Below are positions 62,836 to 64,000 of a DNA stretch of 64,000 nt, one piece after another. The position numbers and the translations under genes are program-made. Under the pieces are notes generated by a model. That model saw only the letters and a list, made by a program, of their open reading frames with translations. It searched no databases and was not told the origin of the DNA. The DNA is from Candidatus Poribacteria bacterium. GTDB lineage: Bacteria; Poribacteria; WGA-4E; JAJDTR01. Every line of letters starts with the position of its first letter. Position 1 is the stretch's first letter. The stretch lies in assembly GCA_965222225.1 (NCBI GenBank), contig CBDCTK010000002.1:3904001-3968000 (forward strand). Direction: 5' to 3'.

Positions 62836-64000
62836 TCAACTGCCGCCTTGGGCTCGGCGTTTCGCTCTCAACAACCGCCCCATGTTTCCCTCGCCTTGAA
62901 ACGCTGCTGAAGCGTTACTCTCCTTTATCAACACCGGATTTATGGCGGCTGCCTGCCGAGGTATTGGCGCGCTTCTTGATATTCCAGCCGATTCCCCTTT
63001 GCGAGCGCTCAATCGGATCATCGTTCGGGTTGACTCACCTTTCTCGCTGCGACGAAACGCCGCAACTTGCTCCCGAAGTTGCGTGAAGTAACCGCTTGCC
63101 ACGCTAAATCGGCGAAGAATCATCTCAAGCACAAAGATAAGAATGCCCGCAATTAGAAGTGTATGCGAAAGTGATTCGGGCGTTTCGACTGAACTACCGG
63201 TATGCTTCGCAATTTGCTTGGGTGTAGGTTCATAAATGCCGTTCGTGCGGCTGGCGAGCGCCCCCAGAAGCTGATGGTTAGTTTCAAACTCGCCGTACTC
63301 CGCAGGGTATGAAAGCGCGAAACTCGCCTGCCTCGATCCGCTAACGAGACCGTCCCGCTTCATCTGGGCGGTGACCAAATAAACTCCGGTCTCCCCAATA
63401 GAAAATTCCCCGCTGAACCGTGTCGGCTTTTCCCGATGCATTTCGACAATTTCCCCCGCTCCCTTCGGCGGCGCGACGCGGACATCGAACCTCTGAACGC
63501 CAGAGGTAGCTTCGGCGTTGGCAATATCGATTACTATCCGCCCGATACCGCCGCGGTGAGAAACATCAAGGTCAAAATCCCTACTGTCTCCATGAACGGG
63601 CGCCGCCCAATTGACCACTTGTCCCCAAAACTTGCCAAACTGCTCCCATTCTATCCACTCCGCCGCCCATCCGGGTTTCACATCTGAGGTAAAGGCGGCG
63701 GATTTGCCGAAACCGTAATGCCATGTGGCGAGAATCGGATGCTCCTGGTGAGAACGGATATAAACCTGACTGTATTCCTTTTCCGAGGTTGCAATGTAAC
63801 CGTGCAGTCGTGGAAGCCGGAAAATACCCGCCATGATTGCCGAACCCTTCTCGCTAATTATCGGTTGAAAAGCCTCTTGAATCATGTATTTTTGGGTTTG
63901 CCTGACCTCATCCGCCAATATCTTCGGCAATTGATTTACATTGTGAACAGCCACATAGTTTCCTTGTCCTCGCTCCGCAATCGCTTGCATGAGGTTCTGA
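62836..64000 (-). CDS. C-terminal part of a vWA / glutamine-amidotransferase-like membrane protein (5' end outside the window)
   Basis: IAERGQGNY, PILATWHYGFGKSAAFTSD, C-terminal TM followed by RR. Confidence 0.75.
   Translation of the reverse strand, partial: QNLMQAIAERGQGNYVAVHNVNQLPKILADEVRQTQKYMIQEAFQPIISEKGSAIMAGIFRLPRLHGYIATSEKEYSQVYIRSHQEHPILATWHYGFGKSAAFTSDVKPGWAAEWIEWEQFGKFWGQVVNWAAPVHGDSRDFDLDVSHRGGIGRIVIDIANAEATSGVQRFDVRVAPPKGAGEIVEMHREKPTRFSGEFSIGETGVYLVTAQMKRDGLVSGSRQASFALSYPAEYGEFETNHQLLGALASRTNGIYEPTPKQIAKHTGSSVETPESLSHTLLIAGILIFVLEMILRRFSVASGYFTQLREQVAAFRRSEKGESTRTMIRLSARKGESAGISRSAPIPRQAAAINPVLIKESNASAAFQGEGNMGRLLRAKRRAQGGS

Overview
Bacterial chromosomal window, about 50% GC. 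The gene repertoire (LRR/cohesin/dockerin/FlgD-Ig surface proteins, TolB-like propellers ending in a LAVxPxxKxxTTWGxLK tail) suggests Candidatus Poribacteria; this is an inference. It carries intact housekeeping genes (lpdA, ahcY, metK, rpsA, lpxK, lpxB, argC, a RecQ helicase, larC), a partner-switching/two-component cluster, decaying LRR and TolB-like paralog arrays, one IS1-family element, and several MITE/REP families. The main unexplained signal is a very small (~36 bp) non-coding insertion element found at about 25 loci: G^ATCAA-NN-GA-NN-GRATA-NN-GA-NN-GCGATAG-(N)RRWTYYY. Its four variable dinucleotides covary as base pairs around tandem G.A mismatches, so the hairpin is conserved while the sequence is not. 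It inserts after a G, makes no target duplication and usually removes 1-3 bp. It lands in REP/MITE hairpins, inside other copies of itself (nests up to four deep) and in frame inside two genes. Two near-identical arrays of it bracket a 2.2-kb module containing a sigma54 activator gene and a sigma54 promoter. No mobilising enzyme is visible in this window.
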